Positions 1-9,367 are shown, numbered from the stretch's first letter. The stretch is DNA of 19,170 bases from Salpingoeca rosetta (GCA_033442325.1 JAWQFM010000013.1:1713846-1733015), one strand, 5' to 3'. A program made the numbers and translations. Notes: generated by a model from the letters alone, not told the origin.

Positions 1-1420
1 GTGTTGTGCTTCAGCACCTTCGCCAACGCCACGGCGCCCTCATCGCCGATGGAATTGTCCCACAGGCTGTCAAGATGATGTGGTGGATGCCACACAGGGG
101 GATGATGCCACATGGGTGAGGAAGTGCGTGAGTGAGTGATGATGATTGCTGTGGATGGCAACACAGTCATCAATCCACACATGGGCACGTGATAAAGGTG
201 CAGCGGCAGTGACGCAGCATACATGTGCATGTGTGCGTGTACACACTCACCCGAGCAATGTCATGGTCGTGTTGTGCTTCAGCATCTCCGCCAACGCCAC
301 GGCGCCCTCAGGACCGATGGAGTTGTATTGCAGGCTGTCAAGATGATGTGGTGGATGCCACACAGGGGGATGATGCCACATGGGTGAGGAAGTGCGTGAG
401 TGAGTGATGATGATTGCTGTGGATGGCAACACAGTCATCAATCCACACATGGGCACGTAATAAGGTGCAACAGGCAGTGACGCAGCATACATGTACATGT
501 GTGCGTGTACACACTCACTCGAGCCATGTGAGGGCCGTGTTGTGCTTCAGCATCTCCGCCAACGCCACAGCGCCCTCAGGACCGATGGAGTTGTTCCACA
601 GGCTGTCAAGACGGTATGGTGGATGCAACATAGGGCGATGATGCCACATGGGTGAGAAAAGTAAGTGCGTGCGTGATGATGATTGCTGTGGGTGGCAACA
701 CAGTCATCAACCACACATGTGCACGTGATAAAGGTGCAACAGCAGTGACGCAGCATACATGTGCATGTATGCATGTCCACACTCACTTGAGTCCTGTGAG
801 GGTCGTGTTGTGCTTCAGCATCTCCGCCAACGCCACAGCGCCCTTATCGCCGATGGAATTGTTGTTCAGGCTGTCAAGACGGTATGGTGGATGCCACGCA
901 GACGGATGATGCCACATGGATGAGGAAGAGTGAGTGCGCGCGTGATGATGATTGTTGTGGGTGGCAACACAGTCGTTGCACCCCACCCCATCAACCACAC
1001 ATGTGCACGTGATAAGGTGCAACGGCAGTGACGCAGCATACATGTGCATGTGTGCGTGTGCACACTCACTAGAGTTCTTTGAGGGCCGTGTTGTGCTTCA
1101 GCATCTCCGCCAACGCCACGGCGCCCTGGTTGCCGATGGAATTGCCCTCCAGGCTGTCAAGATGGTATGATGCCACACAGGGGGGATGATGTCACATGGA
1201 TGAGGAAGAGTGAGCGCGTGCGTGATGATGATTGTTGTGCGTGGCAACACAGTCATCAATCCACACATGTGCACGTAATAAGGTGCAACAGGCAGTGACG
1301 CAGCATACATGTACATGTGTGCGTGTACACACTCACTCGAGCCATGTGAGGGCCGTGTTGTGCTTCAGCATCTCCGCCAACGCCACGGCGCCCTCAGGGC
1401 CGATGGAATTGTCCCACAGG
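1..1420. repeat. Tandem exon+intron repeat array, unit ~268 bp (84-nt LRR exon plus ~184-nt intron), more than 5 copies
   Basis: Exon acceptor ends lie at 66, 334, 602, 870, 1153 and 1420 (periods 268, 268, 268, 283, 267). The introns are homologous (e.g. ggcaacacagtcatcaa, gcagtgacgcagcatacatgt). The 283-bp unit carries a ~15-nt insertion (gttgcaccccacccc). Confidence 0.95.
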
Positions 1421-2115
1421 CTGTGCAGGCACACAAGAACCGCAGGGAGCGACGGTGAACACACGTCCAAACATGCGCAAGCAGGGGAGGAGAAAGGGGT
1501 GCAACATGCAACACCGCCACCCCAGTCAACCATGCATGTCACACGAAGCAGATTCATCATCACCACGCACTCGAGTTCTTTGAGGCAGGTGTTGTCCTTG
1601 ACCGCCTCGGCCACCGCACGCGCTCCTATGTCGCCGAGGCCAGAATTACCCAAGCTGTAATTCCAAATGGTGTGTGTCATGAAATGAGCAAGAAGACTGA
1701 GGATCGAGACAGAGCAAAACCATGAGGGTGCCAGTCCCAACCTGCCACAAACACACACACACTCTCTCTTTGTTGATGTGTCTAGGCGGTGCGAGGGGAC
1801 AGGACACGCACACGTAAACACCCAACAGCAAGCCACACCAAGCTCATTGCAACACAAGGACAAGCCAAGCAGAGAGAGAGAGGAGGGGGAGAATCAGCAC
1901 AAGCACAACCACAAGAAGTGTCCTTGTGGCCTAGTGTCCAACACATGCATGCATGTTCCAACACGTCGTTTTGGTTGCTTGTGCACTCACTTTATTCTCT
2001 CCCCACACGTGTTGTTGGCGATGGCTCTGATCTCTTCCTTCACCCCATCCTTCACCTTCGTCTGCGCCAGCAACGCCTCCACCTCCTCCCTCGCTCTCTT
2101 CTCTCCGCCGGACAT
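1..2115 (-). CDS. Leucine-rich repeat protein (ribonuclease-inhibitor/NLRC3-like 28-aa LRRs), spliced, continuing beyond the left window edge. Exons: 2115-1991, 1654-1571, 1420-1337, 1153-1070, 870-787, 602-519, 334-251, 66-<1
   Basis: ATG at 2115 in a gccATG context. All introns are GT-AG and phase 2, and every complete LRR exon is exactly 84 nt. The spliced translation is open: MSGGEKRAREEVEALLAQTKVKDGVKEEIRAIANNTCGERIN-LGNSGLGDIGARAVAEAVKDNTCLKELD-LWDNSIGPEGAVALAEMLKHNTALTWLD-LEGNSIGNQGAVALAEMLKHNTALKELY-LNNNSIGDKGAVALAEMLKHNTTLTGLN-LWNNSIGPEGAVALAEMLKHNTALTWLD-LQYNSIGPEGAVALAEMLKHNTTMTLLG-LWDNSIGDEGAVALAKVLKHN... This matches the LxLxxNxIGxxGAxALAxxLxxNxxL consensus. Confidence 0.92.
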
Positions 2116-2627
2116 GGCGACGGCTTTCTCCTTGTGGCTTGTTGTGACGTGTTTGTGAGCGGCTGGAAGAAGACGACGACAGAATGGACGACGCGCTGCT
2201 TTTTGTTTGTTTCCTTTGTTTTGTGTGTGTTGTTGTTTTGCGACTCAGCCATTGGACGATTCGCAAAACCTTACAGAGGTTATCCGCACAGCAGCGCTTC
2301 GGTGGAAGATGTTCGTCAACAATCTCATTCGAGCCCTCGTTGTCGACAGGAACACAACAAACACACAGGATAAAGTGCCTCCAGCCAGCCAGCCAGCAAT
2401 GCAACCCCTCGCAGCGCTTTGTTGCCGAAAGGAACCACAGCCGCGCCCTCCTCGCTTGGCCTTGCCTGGTTGGTACAACACACCAATGTCTGTAGCCACA
2501 TCAACACCACAAACATCACCGCCGCTCCACCATCATCACCGTCAACGGATCTCATCATCGTCATCGAGCCATTTACTGAGGAAAGAACAGGTCCGCCACA
2601 CAACCCACAAACAACGCTCCCAGTCCA

Positions 2628-2674
2628 ACACACACACACACACACACACATCCACACACACACACACACACACA
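2628..2674. repeat. (CA)n microsatellite
   Basis: Near-perfect CA dinucleotide run; representative of many in the window. Confidence 0.9.
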
Positions 2675-2929
2675 GCAGTGCCCACACGCAACATGAAGCC
2701 GAGCCAACCAAACAACAGCCAGCCCCTCTGCACATCAAAACAGCACCCTCCAGTCACAAGCCAAAATCAAACACACACAGCAGCAGCAGCAGCACACATC
2801 AACCAAACACAACAAGAACGTGTTCAGCCGTACACAGCGCCAAACAATGAAAAGAACAGGCAAGCACAAGAAGGGCGTGACATCAGCAAGCAAGCAGGCA
2901 GGCGAGAAGGAGAGTGAAGGAAGGGAAGA

Positions 2930-2962
2930 ACAGAAGAGAAGAGAAGAGAAGAGAAGAGAAGA
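2930..2962. repeat. (AGAAG)n pentanucleotide microsatellite
   Basis: agaagagaagagaagagaagagaagagaagag read directly. Confidence 0.85.
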
Positions 2963-3059
2963 GAGCAAGAAACGGAAACAAGAGGATGAGGAAGCGACAG
3001 ACATTCAGCCATTCGTCCAACTGGTGCACAAGTTGACACGACACACGACAACATGGCGA

Positions 3060-3604
3060 CTACGCGGATGAGCTAAGTGCCTCAACAGCGCGCTGCAAGC
3101 GGCGTGCACCTCCGGGGTCCTGCATCAACTGCCCCAACACACCGTAGGCAGGCGAATCCTGCATGTTCTACGAGAGGAAACGACACGAGGGCGTGAGAAT
3201 GAGGAGTGCAAAGAGGAGGAAGGAGGAGAGAGGAAGAGGAGGATGGGAAAGTACACGACAGTCGCGCATATTCGAGGCAGCAAACACACACACACACATC
3301 ACATAAATCACACACAACACAACCCACGCACCATGAGGCTGTGTACATGCCCTGGCAGTGGGGCTCGTCGACGGCGGCCGCCGGGGTGCCAATCATCTGC
3401 ACAAACGCCCGCACAATCTTCACCGGGCACTCAGGCGCGGTCACGCGTGGATGTTGCCGACTGAAGCAACAACAAAAGGAAGGAGAGGGAGGTGCAGGAA
3501 GCAATGGGGGAGGGGACGTGGGTCAGTCGGGAACAAGAACGACAGGCGGCAGAGCACACCACCGACACATGCAGCACGACCAGGCCATGCACACACACAC
3601 ATAG

Positions 3605-3640
<36 letters not shown>

Positions 3641-4148
3641 ACAAAACACAGTCGTAGCACTCACGCTTGGGGGACCTCGACGAGGTATGTGAAGATGTAC
3701 TTTGTTTCATCGTCGTCTTCTGTAATAGACAGCCAGTCAAGCAGATGCGTCAGCATCTCGTCTGTGCAAGGGTTGGTGGTAGATGGGTGGATGAGGAGGT
3801 AAAGAATAAGCGACGACAACGTGACAACAAGAGCAAACAACCAACGCAAAAGGACGGCGAAGAAGGAGTGTACCAATGCGCACACACAGACACACACACA
3901 CACACACACATATGCACACCTCTGAGAGGCCGTGTGCTGGGTTGCGTCCAACCTTGACAAAGACGGAGATGCAGTTCTCGGTCGCGCTGGAGTTGGGCGA
4001 TTCGCGGGAGCCGGGCACCCTGGATCACAGCGAGCAGCGACTCAACAGCCTGAACGCGGCAGGACGACAAGGGGTGGCGGTGAGGCTTGGCAAGCCGAAA
4101 GTGGAGAAAGGAGGGAAACGACGAAACGACATGTTCACACATGATCAT

Positions 4149-4194
<46 letters not shown>

Positions 4195-4521
4195 ACACAT
4201 ACACACACACACTCTTGCCCTCTTGACCTTGAGCGCACCTTGTGTGGATGTACGTGGGTTGTGGATCCTCCTCCTCAATCTGGGCGGCGCTGGCTTGCAT
4301 AATGCGCATGAGTTCGCGGTGCACCCGGCGCAAACATGTCCTTGCAAACAAACACGCTCATTAGGCCGCGCAGCATGCGGTATTGCCTGTCGTTCGCGTG
4401 TTGGAGAAGGTTCTTCATAAACGGCACAGAATCGTTGTCGTAGTCCAAGAACCGCTCCTGTGCCACGTCGGCCAGCACACGCGTGCGAACCAGAAACACG
4501 GTGACCACCCCCTTGCTGCCG
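3060..4521 (-). pseudogene. IPO5: Importin-5 / karyopherin-beta3 (Pse1/Kap121)-like pseudogene fragment. Exons: 4521-4239, 4049-3920, 3761-3665, 3460-3332, 3167-3060
   Basis: After correcting 1-nt frameshifts the exons read VLADVAQERFLDYDNDSVPFMKNLLQHANDRQYRMLRG..KDMFARVHRELMRIMQASAAQIEEEDPQPTY (cf. importin-5 from memory, VADTAEEKF..LRLLRG..EDDDPQISY), AVESLLAVIQVPGSRESPNSSATENCISVFVK (cf. NATENCISAVGK), DEMLTHLLDWLSITEDDDETKYIFTYLVE (cf. WLSWLPLHEDKEEA..FNYLCD), RQHPRV.., and a terminal NMQDSPAY..SSSA*. Borders are GT-AG. Frameshifts at ~4326, ~4019, ~3920 and ~3337. No N-terminal exons recognised. Confidence 0.8.
4152..4212. repeat. (CA)n microsatellite within an importin-5-like intron
   Basis: About 30 CA units with 2 interruptions. 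Confidence 0.9.
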
Positions 4522-5406
4522 CTGCAACCAGTGAGGAGCGCAAGCACACCATCACCTCATCATCTGCCGCTGTTGTTGTCATGGCGTGCAGCACCACCAC
4601 AACAACCGCCACAATCACGACCAATCCCTCTTCAAACAACGGTGTGGTGGTCCACGAGCCAACAGCATCCACCGCAGTGAGCTGCTTGAAACCGGCAGTG
4701 TGCAGTGACGGCTGTGGCCGCGGTGTGAGGCCTCGCTGGCAGGAGATGAGGTGGCGGAAAACAGCAGCAGTTGTGGTTGAAGCTGAGGTGATTGAGATGG
4801 TCAGGGAGAAGCACAGCTAGCAGCAGCGGAAACTGGTTGGCAAAAGGGCCTTGAGTGCACCGCCAGAACGCCGCGCAGGACAGCAAGCAGTGCAGCTGTT
4901 GCTGTGTCAATGTGGTGGGTTGACGATGGCGTGAACATGCATGCACACACACACACATACATGGCAGTGTCGGGGATGGTGATGATGACGTGGCAGGTTG
5001 AGGTGGGGCCACGTGCTGGCAGCACTCAATCACAGCAAAGGTGCAATGCCGGTGGCTGTCAGTGGCTGCCGTTGGTTGATGCGGCGTTGCGGTGACGATG
5101 TGTGTGGGTGGTTGGCTGCAGCAGCAGAGCATGCGTTGGGTCGGAATCGGTGTGTGCACGCGTGCAACGGGAGGGTGGGGGGAGCAAGATGCAGACGCCC
5201 TGCTGGGCGGGGGTGGTGTGACTTGCGTGGAGACAAAAAAGGAGAGAAGGGAGAACTGACGATGAGAAGCTGTCGTGCACGACGTGCCAGTGTAGCCCTG
5301 AATCAGCACATTGGGGGCGTTGAATGGTGTTGTGTTGACGAGGGGTGGTCGGTGTGCGTGGTTGTTTCGACATGGGGGAGGGGCAACGAGTGCAAATGAA
5401 TTCAAT

Positions 5407-5416
5407 CACACACACA

Positions 5417-5471
<55 letters not shown>
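5407..5471. repeat. (CA)n microsatellite
   Basis: Direct reading. Confidence 0.9.
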
Positions 5472-5473
<2 letters not shown>

Positions 5474-6555
5474 CTCTTGTGTGGCGCTGGGACCGATGCC
5501 TGCTGGTGCGTGTCAACCAGCAGTGCTGTGGTGTCAGTCATGGCGGCATGGAAGCGGAAGTGTGGTGGTGGGATCCTTCACCTCAGTGCACATTCCAGCC
5601 ACCACGCTGGAGACCACGAGCTGGCTCACTGTCTCCATGCCCGTGCATGGCACCGACCACCGTCTGACAGCGGTGATGACAATGTCAGAGGTCTGCTCTG
5701 AAGCAAGCACACATCGTGACAGGGGTAAAGGAGAGAGTATGTGTGGGGGAGTGTGGGGTGTGATTGACGAGGGGAGGTGGTTGACAAGAACAAAGACGTG
5801 CTGAGGGGATAAGTGGGGGAGGAGGAGTGCAAACTGTGGTGTGCATGTCGCGTCACACAGCGCATTGAGGTGCAGTGCACTGGAATGGAAATCCCAGGCA
5901 ACACCCCTCCCACGCCATCAGCCATGCACATACCAAGACAGAGCGAGAGAGAAGAAAGTGCCTCTTGTTGTCGTTGCACACGGTGATGGCACGCGCTCAA
6001 GGACACGGTGCTGTCATTCAAGCCACCATCATCATCCTCAACGTCAGCCTGCAAAACAGGTGGTGGAGGTGGAGATGAAGACGCGCAGCGTTGCAGCCAA
6101 AAGCAAAGGGGGAGGTGGGAGGCATGTGACTTGAGACGTGTGAGTGAGGGGGGGGGGAAGTGGAGAAGAGAGGGTGTGCAGAGAGCAGGTAAAGCAAGGG
6201 GTGTGCAAGGGAAAGAAAGGGAGAGTGGACTGCGAGGCAGGGAGGAACAGTGTAAAAGAAGCAGAGCTGTGAGTACAACACACACGCACGCACCACGTGG
6301 TGGGCGTGTCGCTCGTCCAAGCGGAGTGAATGAATACATGTCCCTTTGTTTGGCTCGCTTGTCTGCTTGCTCGTCTGCTTGATTGCTTGATTGATGGATT
6401 GCATGTGTCATTGTCATCATCATCAATATCCCCCCGCTGCTCCCTGCTGCTGCTGTTGTTGTTGTGGTTGTGGCTGAGTATGTGACCAAACCACCACCAA
6501 CCACCACCACCACGCACCTCCCCATCCATCCCTTTTCCTTTCGTCGCAGCGAATG

Positions 6556-6662
<107 letters not shown>

Positions 6663-6731
6663 CGTTGCGCGCAACCAGCCACGACAAACGGCTGTTGTTC
6701 GTGTTTGTGCAGAAGCAGACGGGAAAAGCTG

Positions 6732-6736
6732 AAATC
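6732..6736. repeat. Target-site duplication AAATC (left copy; right copy 9056-9060)
   Basis: gctgAAATC|tgtcag ... tgtca|AAATCagtc. Confidence 0.93.
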
Positions 6737-7098
6737 TGTCAGCGGAAATTCCCGATGACATGTTTGTGTGTATGAGTGAGTGTGAACGAATGCGTTGTCT
6801 TGACGTGTGGGAACACCATGATTTCACCATGGTCTGACTTTGTGAAAGACCCTCTTTGTTTGTCCCTCTATCAGGTGATCTCCTGATACACAATGTGTGA
6901 ATGTACACGTGTCACTTTAATAGTGTATACGTGTACCCTCTTCCTCTATCATATGCGTGATATGTACTGCATGGTGTTCATTCTCTTCTGTCCCCGATTC
7001 CAACGACACCACTGCGTGGGTTGTCTACCAAGGTTTACTTCAGCTGTGAAAGCTCTCAATACAAGTCTCAGGGAAAACGCTGAGGAACAATCTTGTCA
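6737..7098 (+). repeat. 5' LTR (362 bp)
   Basis: tgtcagcggaaattccc...gaacaatcttgtca; no difference from 8694-9055 found by eye. Confidence 0.96.
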
Positions 7099-7113
7099 GA
7101 TTATGAGACCTGG
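7099..7113 (+). promoter_or_regulatory. Primer-binding site, half-tRNA type (complementary to a tRNA-Met anticodon arm); second copy at 7198-7212
   Basis: GATTATGAGACCTGG lies immediately after the LTR. Its reverse complement CCAGGT-CTCATAA-TC is a CAT-anticodon loop with stem, not a TGG-initiated 3'-CCA PBS. Confidence 0.75.
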
Positions 7114-7211
7114 CGGCGACACCAACTGCGAGCAACACTGAGGCCGAGACAGCATCGTGACCAGGAAGCACGAAAACGCTGAGGAACAATCTTGTCAGAT
7201 TATGAGACCTG

Positions 7212-8642
7212 GATCAGCACGACACCAGCACTTACTCCCCAACAGCAAGCAGATCAACGTTGCTTACCTTGATGGCGTCAACCACAGCTCCACTGATGGT
7301 GATGGACGTGACCACTGCGTTCCTTCACGCCGACCTGCCAAGAGATGTGCATGTGAAGATCAGAGGAGAGGTTTTCAGGTTGCACAAGGCCCTCTACGGC
7401 CTCAAGGACAGCCCACGTCTGTTCCACCAGCACATCCACTCCATCCTCACACGACTCAGCTGGCAAGCCACCATCACCGACCCTTGTCTCTACACCCGTC
7501 AACATCAGCAGCACGGACAAACGTACCTCATGGTGTATGTCGACGATCTTCTCTACGTGGGGGGTGGACAAAAAGAAGTCGTCGAGGAACTACGTCCACA
7601 CCTGCAGATTAAACACAAGCAAGGACAGCAGCATGACTACCTTGGCATTCGCATTACGCGCACAACAACATCAGCAGCAACCACGACTTCAACCACAACC
7701 ACCATTTCTCTTACGCCGTATCTATCAGCCATCGCCGGTATCGGGCCTTTCCGGGTGTCGACACCGATCACGATCGACCACGGCAGGCAGATACAGGGGG
7801 GTGGGAAAGAAGGAGCGATGGTGAGCGGTGGTGGACGCGCGGACAACAAGGAGCAGACACGTCAGCAACAGCTACCGCTGACCCAGCAGAAACAGCACAA
7901 GCACAGACTCAAGGAGTACCAGCAGGTGCTCGGCACGTTGACATACGCCGCCTCGACAGCACGCCCTGATCTAGCATACGCAGCGTCTGTGCTGGCAAGC
8001 AAAATAGGACACGTGAGCACACACGACGTGCAGATGGCACGCAGAGCACTGCAGTATGCGAAGAGCCACAACAACATCCTCACCACCACCGTCGAACACA
8101 CGACCGGTGCGGCTGCATGCGGTTATTACACGACAGCACAATTGTCTGACCTAGAAAAAGGTCAACAGTTTCCGACAGCACAAATTGTGACCTACGTCGA
8201 TGCCTCCTTTGCCATGGACGCGGGCCGGCGCTCGCGCTCCGGCATCGTCATCTGCGTCAACAACATGCCTGTGTATTGGCGCTCCAGCAAGCAGACGATC
8301 ACGGCACTCTCCGCAGCAGAAGCTGAATACTCTGCTATCACCGAGGGCATCAAGCACACCATTCACGTGAGAGACCAGCTTGACGAAATGATGATCAAGC
8401 ACAGCACTCCAGTCATCCTCACCGATTCGATGTCTGCCATACACATGGCAAACTCCGACAAGATTCAGGAACGCACCAAGCACTTGGGCATACGCATGCA
8501 GTTCACACGCGACCACGTACGGAAGCAGACCGTCGAGCTGCAGCACGTGCCCTCTGGTGACCAAGTCGCTGACATGCTGACCAAACCCTTGCACAAGGGT
8601 GCGTTCCACCGACTGGTGCAGAAGATTATGCATCACGAATGA
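7212..8642 (+). CDS. pol: Copia-type pol fragment: N-terminally truncated reverse transcriptase plus RNase H
   Basis: Open frame after TGA at 7203-7205. RT motifs TYSPTA, MDVTTAFLHADL, LHKALYGLKDSPR, DPCLY, VYVDDLL; connection region YQQVLGTLTYAASTARPDLAYA; RNase H YVDASFA, RSRSG, WRSSKQ, SAAEAEY, TDSMSAI, RTKHLGIR, DQVADMLTKPL. The upstream KARLVA motif is absent. First ATG at 7272. Confidence 0.93.
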   Translation, partial: DQHDTSTYSPTASRSTLLTLMASTTAPLMVMDVTTAFLHADLPRDVHVKIRGEVFRLHKALYGLKDSPRLFHQHIHSILTRLSWQATITDPCLYTRQHQQHGQTYLMVYVDDLLYVGGGQKEVVEELRPHLQIKHKQGQQHDYLGIRITRTTTSAATTTSTTTTISLTPYLSAIAGIGPFRVSTPITIDHGRQIQGGGKEGAMVSGGGRADNKEQTRQQQLPLTQQKQHKHRLKEYQQVLGTLTYAASTARPDLAYAASVLASKIGHVSTHDVQMARRALQYAKSHNNILTTTVEHTTGAAACGYYTTAQLSDLEKGQQFPTAQIVTYVDASFAMDAGRRSRSGIVICVNNMPVYWRSSKQTITALSAAEAEYSAITEGIKHTIHVRDQLDEMMIKHSTPVILTDSMSAIHMANSDKIQERTKHLGIRMQFTRDHVRKQTVELQHVPSGDQVADMLTKPLHKGAFHRLVQKIMHHE

Positions 8643-8684
8643 ACCAACCACCACGATCAAGATTCTCCCAAGGCGCATCCATTC

Positions 8685-8693
8685 AGGAGGGTG
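8685..8693 (+). promoter_or_regulatory. Polypurine tract
   Basis: aggagggtg directly abutting the 3' LTR. Confidence 0.8.
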
Positions 8694-9055
8694 TGTCAGC
8701 GGAAATTCCCGATGACATGTTTGTGTGTATGAGTGAGTGTGAACGAATGCGTTGTCTTGACGTGTGGGAACACCATGATTTCACCATGGTCTGACTTTGT
8801 GAAAGACCCTCTTTGTTTGTCCCTCTATCAGGTGATCTCCTGATACACAATGTGTGAATGTACACGTGTCACTTTAATAGTGTATACGTGTACCCTCTTC
8901 CTCTATCATATGCGTGATATGTACTGCATGGTGTTCATTCTCTTCTGTCCCCGATTCCAACGACACCACTGCGTGGGTTGTCTACCAAGGTTTACTTCAG
9001 CTGTGAAAGCTCTCAATACAAGTCTCAGGGAAAACGCTGAGGAACAATCTTGTCA
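8694..9055 (+). repeat. 3' LTR (362 bp)
   Basis: Same sequence as 6737-7098, followed by TSD aaatc. Confidence 0.96.
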
Positions 9056-9333
9056 AAATCAGTCGATGACACGACTTGGTGCAGATGCAGCAGCTCAAAC
9101 TCGCTTGTTGCTTGCTCTTCTTCTTGTGTTCTTCTTCTTCTTGCTCTCTTTGCTGCAGTGCACACAACGAGGCGAGGCAAGGCAAGGAAGGAAGGAGGGG
9201 GTGATGTGGCAGTCACCGCAACAGCAGCATGGGGAGAAGAGAGATGTGGGAGAGGGGAAGAGGAGATTGTTGGTGATCACTACCCAGTCACCAGCCAACA
9301 GCCAACCAGACCAATGTGGAAGAAAGGTCTCTG

Positions 9334-9367
<34 letters not shown>

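Larger units (their letters stand above)
6737..9055 (+). mobile_element. Ty1/copia (Pseudoviridae) LTR retrotransposon, internally deleted (no gag, protease or integrase), non-autonomous
   Basis: Two 362-bp TG...CA LTRs, a 5-bp target-site duplication AAATC (6732-6736 and 9056-9060), a PBS after the 5' LTR, a PPT before the 3' LTR, and a copia-type RT followed by RNase H. Total length is only 2319 bp. Confidence 0.96.

Noticed and set aside
1-1420. CRISPR-like or non-coding satellite array
   Set aside because: The units are spliceosomal exon-intron pairs encoding LRRs; there are no unique spacers and no cas genes.
2246-2257. CCAAT box upstream of the LRR gene (minus strand gtCCAATggctg)
   Set aside because: The position is plausible, but a single short motif without TSS data is insufficient.
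3920-4049. Programmed frameshifting or RNA editing rescuing the importin gene
   Set aside because: Multiple independent lesions plus a large deletion fit pseudogene decay better; no slippery heptamer or stimulatory structure seen.
7099-7115. tRNA-Met gene on the minus strand
   Set aside because: Only part of the anticodon arm is present, with no acceptor, D or T arms; explained as a PBS.
6893-7141. ORF in the LTR (repeated at 8850) as gag
   Set aside because: It lies inside the LTR, has no CCHC zinc knuckle or gag similarity, and its recurrence simply reflects LTR duplication.
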